Below, in pieces: positions 5,457-15,268 of a stretch of DNA of 16,182 nt. A model generated the notes under the pieces. The model ran no database searches. It saw only the letters and a program-made list of their open reading frames with translations, and had not been told where the DNA came from. The first letter of the stretch is position 1; each line of letters begins with the position of its first letter. The DNA comes from a virus: the UHGV virus genome UHGV-0293321; one strand, written 5' to 3'. The position numbers and the translations under genes were made by a program.

Positions 5457-7655
5457 ATGGCAGAAAAAAAGATGGCTGACTGGCATCGCAAGGTGCTGTG
5501 CAACTTTGATAATGCCTGGTCAGCAACGCAGGATATGCGTGAGCAGATTATTGAGGCTCAACGTTTCGTCAGGGTGTCCGGCGCACAGTGGGAAGGTAGC
5601 ACAAACGCTGGTTACTCGTTTGATGAGGGCAGGTTTGAGCATTACCCGCGTTTTGAACTGAATAAGATTGCCCGTGAATGTGATCGCATCATTGGCGAGT
5701 ATCGACAGAATCGCATCAGCGTTAAATTCAGGCCGAAGGATGACAAGGCATCGGAAGCGTTAGCCGAAAAGATGAACGGCAAATTCCGCGCTGACTATCA
5801 GGAAACATCCGGTGGTGAAGCGTGTGATAACGCATTTGATGATGCTGTAACGGGCGGATTCGGTTGTTTCCGCATGTGTGCCGATTACGAAGATGAAATG
5901 GATCCGAGTAACGAGCAGCGCCGCATCAGCCTTCTTCCTGTTTACGACCCAGCGACATGCGTCTTCTTCGATCAGGACAGCAAGCAATATGACCGCTCTG
6001 ATGCTATGTGGGCTATGGAAATGTTCTCCATGACGCCTAAAGCGTTCGAGGCTGAATACCCTGATTCCATCGCGGCAAGCCTTTCTCGTGATGACACTGG
6101 CACTCAATATGACTGGTCAACGCCTGATGCCATCTATGTTGGACGCTACTACGAAGTTCGCATAGAGAAGGTGAAGCTCACAGCATGGCGTAACCCTGTT
6201 AGCGGAGAAACGGCAATCTATGATGAAGAGCAAATCAAAGATATTGTTGACGAGCTAACCGATGGTGCATTCGAGCTGATCGGTGAGAGGACAGTGAAGA
6301 AACGCAGAGTTTATTGCGGTCTTCTGTCTGGCGCTGAATGGCTGGAAGAACCGAAGCGTATTCCGGGTGAACATATTCCTCTCATCCCGGTATATGGGCG
6401 TCGCTCATTTGTTGATAATCAGGAGCGAATCGAAGGCCACGCAGCAAAAGCGATGGATGCACAGCGTCTTGAGAACCTGATGGTTTCCATGATTGCAGAT
6501 AACGCTACTCAGGCTGGCGGTGATGGCATTCCTATCGTGGATGTTGATTTCATTCCCGGCCCATTAATGAATCACTGGGCAGAGAGGAATAAGAAAAGAC
6601 CTGCAGTTCTTCCCATGACCAGCAAGAAGGACAAAAACGGAACGGTCATTTCAGAGGCTCAGGTTGCTGGCTGGACACCTCCGACACAAATGCCTCCTGC
6701 TCTTGCCGGGCTATTGCAGTACACCGGAACGGCTATTCAGCAAATTACAGGTGCGTCGCAGCTTGAGAACATGCCGAGCAACGTCGCTACCGATACCGTT
6801 GATAGCATCTTTAACCGGATGGACACGCAGTCCTATATCTACATGGACAACATGGCTAAATCCATGCGCCGTGCTGGCGTCGTGTGGCTTTCTATGGCTC
6901 GTGAAGTCTATGGCAGTGATACGCCGATGCGTATCGTTAATGAGGACGGCAGCGATGACGTGGCGCTGATGACTGGTGAAGTGGTTGACCGTCAGACAGG
7001 GCAGGTTATCGCGCTTAATGACCTTTCGCAGGGTAACTATGAAGTGACTGTCGATGTTGGCCAGTCGTTCGCTACTCGCCGTGATGCAACGGTTAAGTCG
7101 TTACTTTCCATGCTGGCACTTATCCCACCAGGAACTCCGAAGCACGACCTTGTATCGTCGATGATTCTCGACAATATGGACGGCGAAGGGATGGACGACC
7201 TGAAAGAATACAACCGCAATCAGTTGCTTCTGTCTGGCGTTATCAAGCCGAGAACGCCTGAAGAGCAGCAGATGGTTGAACAGGCGAAACAACAACAGGC
7301 CAGTCAGCCAGATCCGGCTATGGTTGCAGCGCAAGGTCAGCTTCTTGCTGGTCAGGCTGAATTGCAGAAAGCGCAGAACGAACAGGCAGCCATTCAGGTT
7401 AAAGCATTCCAGGCACAGACTGATGCTCAGGTTGCAGCGGCAAATGTTGTGAAAATACTCGCATCTGCCGATAGCCAGCAGAAATCTGATATCCGCGAGG
7501 CTCTGAAACTGCTCGGACAGTTCCAGCAACAGCAAGGAGACAATGCCCGTGCTGATGCAGAGCTTGTCCTGAAAAGTCAGGCACAGGGCCATGCGCAGCG
7601 CATGGACATCAGCAGCATCCTGCAAAAATCAACCCGGCAACAACCACAGCAGTAA
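5457..7655 (+). CDS. Portal protein (732 aa), P22 gp1-like including the long C-terminal Q-rich barrel helix
   Basis: Blocks IPxVPVxG, RRVY and the C-terminal DPAMVxAQGxLLxGQAELxKAQN ... RMDIxxILQ match P22 portal as recalled. Confidence 0.95.
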   Translation: MAEKKMADWHRKVLCNFDNAWSATQDMREQIIEAQRFVRVSGAQWEGSTNAGYSFDEGRFEHYPRFELNKIARECDRIIGEYRQNRISVKFRPKDDKASEALAEKMNGKFRADYQETSGGEACDNAFDDAVTGGFGCFRMCADYEDEMDPSNEQRRISLLPVYDPATCVFFDQDSKQYDRSDAMWAMEMFSMTPKAFEAEYPDSIAASLSRDDTGTQYDWSTPDAIYVGRYYEVRIEKVKLTAWRNPVSGETAIYDEEQIKDIVDELTDGAFELIGERTVKKRRVYCGLLSGAEWLEEPKRIPGEHIPLIPVYGRRSFVDNQERIEGHAAKAMDAQRLENLMVSMIADNATQAGGDGIPIVDVDFIPGPLMNHWAERNKKRPAVLPMTSKKDKNGTVISEAQVAGWTPPTQMPPALAGLLQYTGTAIQQITGASQLENMPSNVATDTVDSIFNRMDTQSYIYMDNMAKSMRRAGVVWLSMAREVYGSDTPMRIVNEDGSDDVALMTGEVVDRQTGQVIALNDLSQGNYEVTVDVGQSFATRRDATVKSLLSMLALIPPGTPKHDLVSSMILDNMDGEGMDDLKEYNRNQLLLSGVIKPRTPEEQQMVEQAKQQQASQPDPAMVAAQGQLLAGQAELQKAQNEQAAIQVKAFQAQTDAQVAAANVVKILASADSQQKSDIREALKLLGQFQQQQGDNARADAELVLKSQAQGHAQRMDISSILQKSTRQQPQQ

Positions 7656-7745
7656 TTAACCCATAACGTGCAATGGCTGTCTTTATGAGGCCTGGCACCC
7701 TATTGCCTTCCGATGGGCTGAACATCGAGTAAACAGGGGTAACAA

Positions 7746-8639
7746 ATGGACCAGATGGCAGAAAACACACCAGAAGTTGAAATCGAAACCGACGCGTCAG
7801 AGCAGATTCCTGATGATGTCGAACTGGCTGAAGAAGTCGAAACAGAAGATGGCAGTGAGTCCTCTGGCAATGATGCAGAGGAAGCTACTGAAACTGATGA
7901 CGACGAATCAGAACAGGAATTCTACTTTGGTGACGAAAAGCTGGATTCGCCAACCAGCGAAGATAGCGCAGAGCATGGACTGGTAAAACACCTGCGCAAG
8001 ACGATTAAAGAGAAAGATCGCGAGCTGAAAGAGCTGATGCGTCAGTCTCAGAAACCCGTCGAGCAGCAGCCGGTAATCACTCAACCACCGCGAATGCCAA
8101 AACTGGATGATGAGGACATCGGTTTCGATGAAGAAATCTACCAGCAACGCATGGCTAAGTGGGCAGAGGATAACGGCAAGTACCAGCAACAGGAGATGGC
8201 TCGCAAGCAGAAGGAGCAGGAGCTTCAGGCTGCCTATCAAGAGCGATTATCCAAATATCAGCAACGTGTTAAGGCTCTCAAAGTTCCTGGCTATCAGGAA
8301 GCTGAGCAGGCCGTACTCGAGGAAATCCCCATCGAGACACAAAACGCGATCCTGTTTGAGTCAGAGAAGCCGGAAATCGTTGTTCTGGCGCTCGGTCGCA
8401 ACGCTGAACTGCGCAAGCAACTGGCAGAAGCTACCAACCCCGTAGCAATTGGTCGTCTGCTGGAACGTATCGAATCGAAGGCCAGAATCATGCCAAAAGC
8501 AAAAACCACGGCAGCCACAACCCCGACAGTTAAGGGGAGCAACGGCACAGTAATCAATAACCTCGACAAACTGAAAGCCAAGGCGCTGGAAACTGGTGAC
8601 TGGACGCCGTATTTCGCCGCTAAAAAGGCAAAAAAATAA
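7746..8639 (+). CDS. Scaffolding protein (297 aa) with polyacidic N-terminus and basic C-terminal coat-binding tail
   Basis: Position between portal and coat. First ~75 residues are extremely D/E-rich, the middle is predicted helical and charged, and the C-terminus is basic (...FAAKKAKK), consistent with P22-type scaffolds. Family call by position and composition. Confidence 0.75.
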   Translation: MDQMAENTPEVEIETDASEQIPDDVELAEEVETEDGSESSGNDAEEATETDDDESEQEFYFGDEKLDSPTSEDSAEHGLVKHLRKTIKEKDRELKELMRQSQKPVEQQPVITQPPRMPKLDDEDIGFDEEIYQQRMAKWAEDNGKYQQQEMARKQKEQELQAAYQERLSKYQQRVKALKVPGYQEAEQAVLEEIPIETQNAILFESEKPEIVVLALGRNAELRKQLAEATNPVAIGRLLERIESKARIMPKAKTTAATTPTVKGSNGTVINNLDKLKAKALETGDWTPYFAAKKAKK

Positions 8640-8657
8640 CCTATCGGAGCATTAAGC

Positions 8658-9911
8658 ATGACTAACCAATTAGCAAAAGACCTTGAAATCATGTTCGAAA
8701 ACTACGTTGAAGGCTTTGAGGCCGCCTGCGTAGTTTCCCGTAACGCTAAAAAATTCCGTCCCGGTGATACAGCAATGCAGCGAGCAGGTGATGTTCTGTA
8801 TCGTCCGCAGCATTACCACATGAACATTGAGGAAGGCCTAGACCTCAGCGGCAAAACGCCAACAGCACTGGTTCAGCGCCTTGTTCCTTCTGTGTTCAAG
8901 GAGCCGAAAAACATTCTGTACACTCTGGATGCGCGTGAAATGCGTGACCCGGAACATAAAACTGAAGCTGGTCGCGCCGCAGGTATGCGCCTTGCTGCAC
9001 AGATTGACTCTGACCTGATTTCCATGGTCACGCAGCGTGCTACTAACGTGATCACGATGGCTGACTCAACCACAGGTACACAGGGTCGTGATTTGTGGAA
9101 CTGTGCGGCAGGCATTGATGCCACCATGACGGCGATTGGTGTACCTCAGGGTATCAACCGTCGCTCTTTCTGGAACCCCTTCAACTACAAAGATCTTGCT
9201 GGCGAGCTTGGTCACCGTGCCTATGCTCAGGGCGCAACCCTGACAGCATACGAAAAAGCGCAGATCCCTCCGGTTGCTTCCTTTGATAGCTACAAGACCG
9301 ATATTTCTGGTCGATTACCGAAAGGAAGCGCTGAATCCTTGACGGTATCAGGCCAACCTGAACACAAGGTTGAAGCGAAAGATTCAAATGGTATGCCAGT
9401 TGATAACCGACAGGGGACTATTACGGTATCTGCATCTGGCTTGCAGGTTGGTGATGCGTTCACCATTGCCGGTGTGAATTCCGTACACCAGATCACAAAA
9501 GATACCACCGGGCAACCGCAGGTATTCCGTGTTCTGGCTGTTAGCGGAACTACCGTAACAATCTCTCCAAAGATTCTCCCTGTTGAAAATGCCGATGTTG
9601 CGAGTCGTCCATATGCAAACGTCGATGCCAAGCCGGCAGCATCAGCAGCAATCACCATTCTCAACAAGAACGCAGCACCTGCTAACCTGTTCTGGGCTGA
9701 TGGTTCTGTTGAGCTGATGTACGGCAAACTGGCGTTCCCGACTGGTCAGGGTCCACAGGTAATGACAGCAACCACCGAGCAGGGCGCTACGCTGATCATG
9801 TCTTACGCCTTCGACCACATCAAAGGTGTAACCACTGCGCGTTTCACCACTCTGTACGGTTGCTCTGTACTGGTTCCTGAATATACGGGCATCGTTATTG
9901 CCGGGCAGTAA
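8658..9911 (+). CDS. Major coat protein (417 aa), P22/Sf6-type
   Basis: AKKF...P near the N-terminus, ITVSASG, FWADGSVEL and overall length parallel P22 gp5 (AKKY, ITVSGAQ, FWADDAIRI) as recalled. GGAG RBS. Confidence 0.9.
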   Translation: MTNQLAKDLEIMFENYVEGFEAACVVSRNAKKFRPGDTAMQRAGDVLYRPQHYHMNIEEGLDLSGKTPTALVQRLVPSVFKEPKNILYTLDAREMRDPEHKTEAGRAAGMRLAAQIDSDLISMVTQRATNVITMADSTTGTQGRDLWNCAAGIDATMTAIGVPQGINRRSFWNPFNYKDLAGELGHRAYAQGATLTAYEKAQIPPVASFDSYKTDISGRLPKGSAESLTVSGQPEHKVEAKDSNGMPVDNRQGTITVSASGLQVGDAFTIAGVNSVHQITKDTTGQPQVFRVLAVSGTTVTISPKILPVENADVASRPYANVDAKPAASAAITILNKNAAPANLFWADGSVELMYGKLAFPTGQGPQVMTATTEQGATLIMSYAFDHIKGVTTARFTTLYGCSVLVPEYTGIVIAGQ

Positions 9912-9917
9912 TTTTGG

Positions 9918-9940
9918 TGGGGCTTCGGCCCCATTTTTAT
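9918..9940 (+). terminator. Intrinsic terminator directly after the coat gene
   Basis: TGGGGC (9918-9923), loop TTCG, GCCCCA (9928-9933), then TTTTTATT. A textbook hairpin with a UUCG tetraloop, 7 nt after the coat stop. Confidence 0.6.
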
Positions 9941-9952
9941 TGGGAGAAGACA

Positions 9953-10141
9953 ATGGCACGAACAATGCTCTATAAGCCTGGCAACATGATCACCTGCGGT
10001 CAGTTTGCTGTCGATTACATCATTGTTGATGACGAAGAAGTTAAATCTCACCTGAAAAAAGGCTGGGTAAAAACTCCTGAAGAAACCGCAACGAAGCATA
10101 AAGTGGCTAAGGCGGAAGAAGATGGCGAAAACGAAGGGTGA
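9953..10141 (+). CDS. Small hypothetical protein (62 aa) in the P22 orf69 position between coat and gp4
   Basis: ATG at 9953 preceded by GGGAGAAGA. The track's 9914 start is a TTG inside the terminator hairpin and is less likely. The 3' end overlaps the gp4 start by 20 nt. Confidence 0.5.
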   Translation: MARTMLYKPGNMITCGQFAVDYIIVDDEEVKSHLKKGWVKTPEETATKHKVAKAEEDGENEG

Positions 10142-10583
10142 TCTCGTTCTTAAGGCTTTACGAAAAGCCGGGCTGTATTCCAATGCCACGTTGACAGATG
10201 CTGACCCTCAGGCAATTGAAGATGCCATTAATGACCTCGAAGACATGATGGCAGCATGGCAGGCTAAAGGTATCGAGCTTGGATATCAGTTTGCTGATAC
10301 AGAAAACGGCATCATGCCGTTACCTGACGATGATTCAGGTATCCCTGCATGGGCAAATGATGGCGTCGCCTTGAAACTCGCTGTGCAAGTGTGCATGGAT
10401 AACGTCATTCAGCCGTCAGACGCTCTCCTTACCGCTGCTGACAGTGCATACCAGACAATTTGCATCGCTTTAACCAAAATACCACCACTTGAGCGGCGAA
10501 ATGACATGCCTCGCGGTAGTGGTAACAAAAGCGCGTTTACGTGGAATCGGTTTTACATCGAGAAAGATGATCCGAGTACGTGA
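10122..10583 (+). CDS. Head-to-tail adaptor, P22 gp4-like (153 aa)
   Basis: N-terminal KTKGDLVxxALRKxG, ATLTDxxPQ, DLExMMAxW and C-terminal MPRGSGN parallel P22 gp4 as recalled. Confidence 0.85.
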   Translation: MAKTKGDLVLKALRKAGLYSNATLTDADPQAIEDAINDLEDMMAAWQAKGIELGYQFADTENGIMPLPDDDSGIPAWANDGVALKLAVQVCMDNVIQPSDALLTAADSAYQTICIALTKIPPLERRNDMPRGSGNKSAFTWNRFYIEKDDPST

Positions 10584-10592
10584 GGTGAATAA

Positions 10593-12011
10593 ATGCCGAT
10601 TCAGCAACTTCCGCTTATGAAAGGTGTCGGCAAAGACTTCCGAAACGCCGACTATATCGACTATCTGCCAGTGAATATGTTGGCTACACCCAAAGAAATC
10701 CTCAACAGCAGCGGATATCTTCGCTCATTCCCGGGCATTGCCAAACGCTCTGATGTGAACGGTGTATCTCGCGGCGTCGAGTACAACATGGCGCAGAGTG
10801 CTGTTTATCGCGTGTGTGGTGGGAAGCTTTACAAAGGCGAAAGCGAAGTCGGTGACGTCTCCGGAAGTGGTCGCGTATCAATGGCGCATGGTCGAACATC
10901 TCAGGCTGTAGGCGTTAATGGTCAACTGGTCGAGTATCGTTATGATGGCACGGTTAAAACCGTCTCAAACTGGCCTACAGACAGCGGATTCACGCAGTAT
11001 GAGTTAGGTTCAGTCCGCGACATTACACGCTTACGTGGGCGTTATGCATGGTCAAAAGACGGTACTGATTCATGGTTTATCACTGACCTTGAAGACGAAT
11101 CGCATCCTGACCGATACAGCGCACAATATCGTGCTGAGTCTCAGCCTGACGGCATCATCGGCATCGGAACATGGCGAGACTTCATCGTCTGCTTTGGTTC
11201 ATCGACGATTGAATATTTCTCCCTGACTGGTGCAACCACCGTTGGTGCTGCTTTGTATGTCGCACAGCCATCACTGATGGTGCAGAAAGGCATTGCCGGG
11301 ACTTACTGCAAAACGCCGTTTGCTGATTCGTATGCGTTCATCAGCAATCCGGCAACAGGTGCGCCTTCTGTGTACATCATCGGTTCCGGTCAGGTATCAC
11401 CAATCGCCAGCGCGAGCATTGAGAAAATCCTCCGCTCCTACACTGCTGATGAACTGGCTGATGGCGTGATGGAATCGCTGCGATTTGATGCTCATGAGTT
11501 GCTGATTATCCACCTTCCGCGCCATGTACTCGTATACGACGCATCTTCAAGCGCCAATGGTCCGCAATGGTGTGTATTGAAAACAGGCCTGTATGACGAT
11601 GTGTACCGCGCTATCGACTTCATTTACGAAGGCAATCAGATAACGTGCGGCGATAAGCTGGAGTCCGTGACCGGGGAATTGCAGTTCGATATCAGCAGCC
11701 AGTACGACAAGCAGCAGGAACACCTGCTGTTTACTCCACTATTCAAAGCAGATAACGCCAGAGTTTTCGACCTTGAGGTTGAATCGTCAACTGGCGTTGC
11801 GCAGTACGCCGACCGCCTGTTCCTCTCTGCAACCACTGACGGCATAAATTACGGACGTGAGCAGATGATTGAGCAGAATGAACCGTTCGTTTACGACAAG
11901 CGTGTTTTGTGGAAGCGAGTAGGGCGCATCAGGAAAAATGTCGGCTTCAAACTTCGCGTTATCACGAAGTCACCTGTAACTCTGTCTGGCGCTCAGATAA
12001 GGATTGAGTAA
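10593..12011 (+). CDS. Tail hub/accessory protein, P22 gp10-like (472 aa)
   Basis: Length equals P22 gp10 and the position between gp4 and the needle fits. Assignment by synteny and size; sequence not recalled in detail. Confidence 0.75.
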   Translation: MPIQQLPLMKGVGKDFRNADYIDYLPVNMLATPKEILNSSGYLRSFPGIAKRSDVNGVSRGVEYNMAQSAVYRVCGGKLYKGESEVGDVSGSGRVSMAHGRTSQAVGVNGQLVEYRYDGTVKTVSNWPTDSGFTQYELGSVRDITRLRGRYAWSKDGTDSWFITDLEDESHPDRYSAQYRAESQPDGIIGIGTWRDFIVCFGSSTIEYFSLTGATTVGAALYVAQPSLMVQKGIAGTYCKTPFADSYAFISNPATGAPSVYIIGSGQVSPIASASIEKILRSYTADELADGVMESLRFDAHELLIIHLPRHVLVYDASSSANGPQWCVLKTGLYDDVYRAIDFIYEGNQITCGDKLESVTGELQFDISSQYDKQQEHLLFTPLFKADNARVFDLEVESSTGVAQYADRLFLSATTDGINYGREQMIEQNEPFVYDKRVLWKRVGRIRKNVGFKLRVITKSPVTLSGAQIRIE

Positions 12012-12859
12012 TGGCGGATTCATCACTGAATAATCCTGTAGCGGTTCAGGCTACGCGCCTTGATGCTTCAATTTTGCCACGCAATATATTCAGCCAGTCT
12101 TACCTGCTGTATGTCATTAATCAGGGGGCTGATGTAGGCGCAATTGCCGGGAAGGCAAATCAGGCTGGTCAGGGCGCTTATGACGCGCAGGTAAGGAACG
12201 ATGAGCAGGATGTGATTCTCGCTGACCATGAGCAGCGAATTTCTGCTGCGGAAGCAACGCTTGTTAATCATGAGGAGCGAATCAGCCAGGCAGAATCAAC
12301 TCTTCAGGACCATGAAACACGAATCGCTCAGAATGAAAGCGATATTGCGTCGCTTGATACCAGAGTTCAGTCGCTGGAATCGCAGGTTTCAGACCATGAA
12401 ACGCGCATCGATGCTCTGGAGTATGCAACTACTCGCAAGAAGTCAGAGGTTGTTTACTCTGGCGTATCTGTAACCATCCCGACAGCGCCGACCAACCTTG
12501 TTAGCCTGCTGAAAACGCTCACGCCGTCATCCGGCTCGTTGGCACCATTCTTCGACACTGTTAACAACAAGATGGTTGTGTTCAACGAGAACAAAACCTT
12601 GTTCTTCAAGCTGTCGATCGTTGGGACGTGGCCCAGCGGAACAGCCAACAGGTCAATGCAGCTAACCTTTTCCGGCTCTGTTCCTGACACGTTGGTCAGC
12701 AGTCGTAATGCGGCGACAACAACCGACAACATCCTGTTAGCTACGTTCTTCAGCGTGGATAAAGACGGCTTTCTTGCCACAAATGGCAGTACGTTAACCA
12801 TTCAGTCAAATGGTGCGGCGTTTACTGCCACAACAATCAAAATCATTGCGGAGCAGTGA
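12011..12859 (+). CDS. Tail needle (P22 gp26 / Sf6 gp9-like, 282 aa) with trimeric coiled-coil repeats and a C-terminal knob domain
   Basis: N-terminus [36 protein letters not shown]...[28 protein letters not shown] is near-identical to the P22 gp26 N-terminal plug domain as recalled. It is followed by heptad repeats and a ~140 aa beta-rich C-terminal extension, as in the Sf6 needle knob. Confidence 0.9.
   Translation: MADSSLNNPVAVQATRLDASILPRNIFSQSYLLYVINQGADVGAIAGKANQAGQGAYDAQVRNDEQDVILADHEQRISAAEATLVNHEERISQAESTLQDHETRIAQNESDIASLDTRVQSLESQVSDHETRIDALEYATTRKKSEVVYSGVSVTIPTAPTNLVSLLKTLTPSSGSLAPFFDTVNNKMVVFNENKTLFFKLSIVGTWPSGTANRSMQLTFSGSVPDTLVSSRNAATTTDNILLATFFSVDKDGFLATNGSTLTIQSNGAAFTATTIKIIAEQ
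12224..12424 (+). repeat. Degenerate ~42 bp tandem periodicity within the needle gene (encodes repeated DHExRI coiled-coil units)
   Basis: GACCATGAG/GACCATGAA and AATCATGAG units recur at 42 bp spacing (12224, 12266, 12308, 12392), encoding DHEQRIS, NHEERIS, DHETRIA and DHETRID. Confidence 0.5.
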
Positions 12860-13338
12860 TGGAAATAAAGCTCATCGATAATCCGGTGAAGCTTGCAGAA
12901 TTCCTCAACAACCCGGCAAACACGGGAAATATCGTAGACATTGGAGATAAATACTACATCAAGACTGATGCGGTATATCTCGGCATCTACGAAGGATTAG
13001 TGCTGGCTGGAGTTCATGAAGTGCGTAACTTCTGGCATAGCGTTGTTGAATGCCATGCTGTGTACGACCCCGGATTCCGTGGCGAATATGCACTGCAAGG
13101 GCATCGATTATTCTGCAAATGGCTTCTCGAAAACTCACCATTTCTTAACAGCATCACCATGGTTCCTGACACCACCAAATACGGACGGGCAATTATCCGT
13201 TTGCTTGGCGCTACCCGTGTTGGTCACCTTGATGATGCTTATACCAGCAATGGAAAGCCTGTAGGCATCACGATTTATCAGTTACCGCGCTCAAAATACG
13301 AGGAGCTAAAGAATGTTAATTTTCCAGATTGCCAATAA
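12859..13338 (+). CDS. Protein in the P22 gene-14 slot (159 aa), function uncertain
   Basis: ATG at 12859 overlaps the needle stop (TGATG). The track's 12856 start is GTG. Positional assignment only, between needle and ejection proteins. Confidence 0.5.
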   Translation: MEIKLIDNPVKLAEFLNNPANTGNIVDIGDKYYIKTDAVYLGIYEGLVLAGVHEVRNFWHSVVECHAVYDPGFRGEYALQGHRLFCKWLLENSPFLNSITMVPDTTKYGRAIIRLLGATRVGHLDDAYTSNGKPVGITIYQLPRSKYEELKNVNFPDCQ

Positions 13339-13987
13339 GCACCTCAGCAAAGCTGTTTACTGCAAAGGCGGCAGTGATGGCGGTTCAAAAGCCCAGGCAC
13401 GCGCAACTGAAAAGGGTATCGAATTGCAGCGTGAAATGTGGCAAACGAACATGCAAAACCTAGCACCGTTCACGCCACTCGCTCAACAGTACGTATCAGA
13501 GTTGCAGAATCTTTCCTCTCTTCAGGGGCAAGGTCAGGCGCTTAACCAGTATTACAACTCCCAGCAGTATAAAGACCTTGCAGGGCAGGCGCGCTATCAG
13601 AGTCTGGCAGCAGCAGAGGCAACGGGTGGATTAGGCTCTACAGCAACAGGAAACCAGTTGGCAGCAATCGCACCTACACTCGGTCAAAACTGGCTGTCAG
13701 GTCAGATGAACAACTACAACAATCTGGCAAATATCGGCCTTGGTGCTCTTACCGGTCAGGCAAACGCCGGACAGAACTACGCTAACAACGTCAGCCAATT
13801 GTATCAACAGCAGGCGGCAGCAGCGGCAGCAAATGCGAATAAGCCTTCAGGCCTACAGAGTTTTGCTACAGGTGCCATTGGTGGGGCCGCATCAGGTGCA
13901 ATGATTGGTAGTGCAGTTCCTGTTATTGGGACTGGTATTGGTGCTCTTGCTGGCGGTGTTATCGGCGGTCTTGGATCATTGTTTTAA
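13313..13987 (+). CDS. Ejection (internal virion) protein, P22 gp7-slot (224 aa)
   Basis: AGGAG RBS at 13301-13305. Q/N-rich central region and Gly/Ala-rich hydrophobic C-terminal segment (AIGGAASGAMIGSAVPVIGTGIGALAGGVIGGLGSLF), typical of membrane-active ejection proteins. Synteny with P22 14-7-20-16. Confidence 0.6.
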   Translation: MLIFQIANKHLSKAVYCKGGSDGGSKAQARATEKGIELQREMWQTNMQNLAPFTPLAQQYVSELQNLSSLQGQGQALNQYYNSQQYKDLAGQARYQSLAAAEATGGLGSTATGNQLAAIAPTLGQNWLSGQMNNYNNLANIGLGALTGQANAGQNYANNVSQLYQQQAAAAAANANKPSGLQSFATGAIGGAASGAMIGSAVPVIGTGIGALAGGVIGGLGSLF

Positions 13988-13996
13988 GGTGGGAAT

Positions 13997-15268
13997 ATGG
14001 CTACTTGGCAACAAGGAATCAACTCAGGCGGTTTTCTTGCTGGTATCGGTGGGCAAAACTCAAATGCGCCAAAGGCAAGTGATGTAAGTGAGGCGTTGGC
14101 CTATATTCGCCAGAACAACGAAATGGAGCGCTCAGGTCGCAATAACATCGGCCTTCAGGCGTTGCAGGGGCTTGGTAGTGTCGCTCAAACATATCAAGCC
14201 GCAAAGCAACAGGAAGCGGATGCTGCATTCCAAAAAGAATATGCGGCAGCCATCCAGTCAGGTGATCGACAGCAGGTTCGAGATCTGATGACCAAATATC
14301 CGGGTCAATTAGAGAAGATTCAGTCTGGTATGAAGTGGGCAGACGAAGACCAGCGTAATTCTATCGGCACCTTAGCGGCTGGCGCACGCCTTGCGTCATC
14401 GTCTCCAGAAGCAATGAAATCATGGCTGCAAAACAACGCCAAGGAACTGAATCGCGTCGGTGTTGACCCTAACAACGTTGCTCAGATGTATCAGCAGAAT
14501 CCTTCAGGATTTGGTGAGTTTGTTGATCACCTTGGAATGGCCGCGCTTGGTCCGATTGATTACTTCAATGTTCAGGACAAGATGGTTGGTCGCCAGCAGG
14601 AGCAGCAAAGAATTAACGAAACAATCCGTAATAATGACATGACAAATGCCAGAGGGTGGGCAAGCAACAATATTGCGCAACAAAATGTCAATCTTCGTCG
14701 GATGGAATTAGAGGACAAGAAATACGACAGACTCATCGCAAATGAAACTAATGCCTTAAAACTTGCTGAATTGCAGGACAAGAGATTGCAGAATCAGCAA
14801 GCTATGGAGCAGGCAAAGCGAGATAAGGCCGATGCGTACAACTCTGGAATGGATAATCTCTCCAGAACGATAGAGACGGCTACAAAAGTTCTTAATAGCC
14901 CAGGATTCACGGGATATTTCGGAACAAACCTAAACCCACTATCGAGTAGATTCATTCCAGGAACAGAGGCTGCTGATACAGAAACTCTGGTTGACACACT
15001 GAAATCTCAGGGATTCTTATCTGGCATTCAGCAGATGAAAGGGATGGGGGCTTTAAGTAATGCCGAGGGGCAAAAGGTAATGGATGCTATTGGTAGTTTG
15101 TCCCCAAATCAGTCTGAAAAATCAGCCAGAGCAGCTATCAAAACAATCATAAAAACCACTGAGATGGCTCAGAAACGTATGCAACAGAAATACGGGAAGG
15201 ACATACAACCGTCTCAACAGCAGCTTTCTGATGATGACTTGATTAATAAATATCTCGGAGGGCAGTAA
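13997..15268 (+). CDS. Ejection protein, P22 gp20-slot (423 aa)
   Basis: AAGGTGGG RBS. Size and order match P22 gp20. Stop overlaps the next start (TAATG). Confidence 0.6.
   Translation: MATWQQGINSGGFLAGIGGQNSNAPKASDVSEALAYIRQNNEMERSGRNNIGLQALQGLGSVAQTYQAAKQQEADAAFQKEYAAAIQSGDRQQVRDLMTKYPGQLEKIQSGMKWADEDQRNSIGTLAAGARLASSSPEAMKSWLQNNAKELNRVGVDPNNVAQMYQQNPSGFGEFVDHLGMAALGPIDYFNVQDKMVGRQQEQQRINETIRNNDMTNARGWASNNIAQQNVNLRRMELEDKKYDRLIANETNALKLAELQDKRLQNQQAMEQAKRDKADAYNSGMDNLSRTIETATKVLNSPGFTGYFGTNLNPLSSRFIPGTEAADTETLVDTLKSQGFLSGIQQMKGMGALSNAEGQKVMDAIGSLSPNQSEKSARAAIKTIIKTTEMAQKRMQQKYGKDIQPSQQQLSDDDLINKYLGGQ

Noticed and set aside
5383-5661. 92 aa out-of-frame + ORF across the terL/portal junction
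   Set aside because: Alternative frame of two strongly supported genes; Arg/Cys-rich.
7101-7625. 174 aa minus-strand ORF inside the portal C-terminal region
   Set aside because: Antisense of the Q/A-rich barrel-helix coding sequence; Leu/Cys-rich shadow translation.
8294-8692. 132 aa minus-strand ORF spanning the scaffold/coat junction
   Set aside because: Antisense to scaffold; the late operon is uniformly + strand.
9914-9952. Upstream TTG start for the post-coat small ORF given in the ORF track
   Set aside because: The TTG lies inside the terminator hairpin; the ATG at 9953 has a GGGAGA RBS.
9290-9965. Minus-strand ORFs (145 and 107 aa) inside coat
   Set aside because: Antisense shadow ORFs in a highly expressed structural gene.
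12856-12858. GTG start for the gene-14-slot protein given in the ORF track
   Set aside because: The adjacent ATG at 12859 forms the usual TGATG stop/start overlap with the needle gene.
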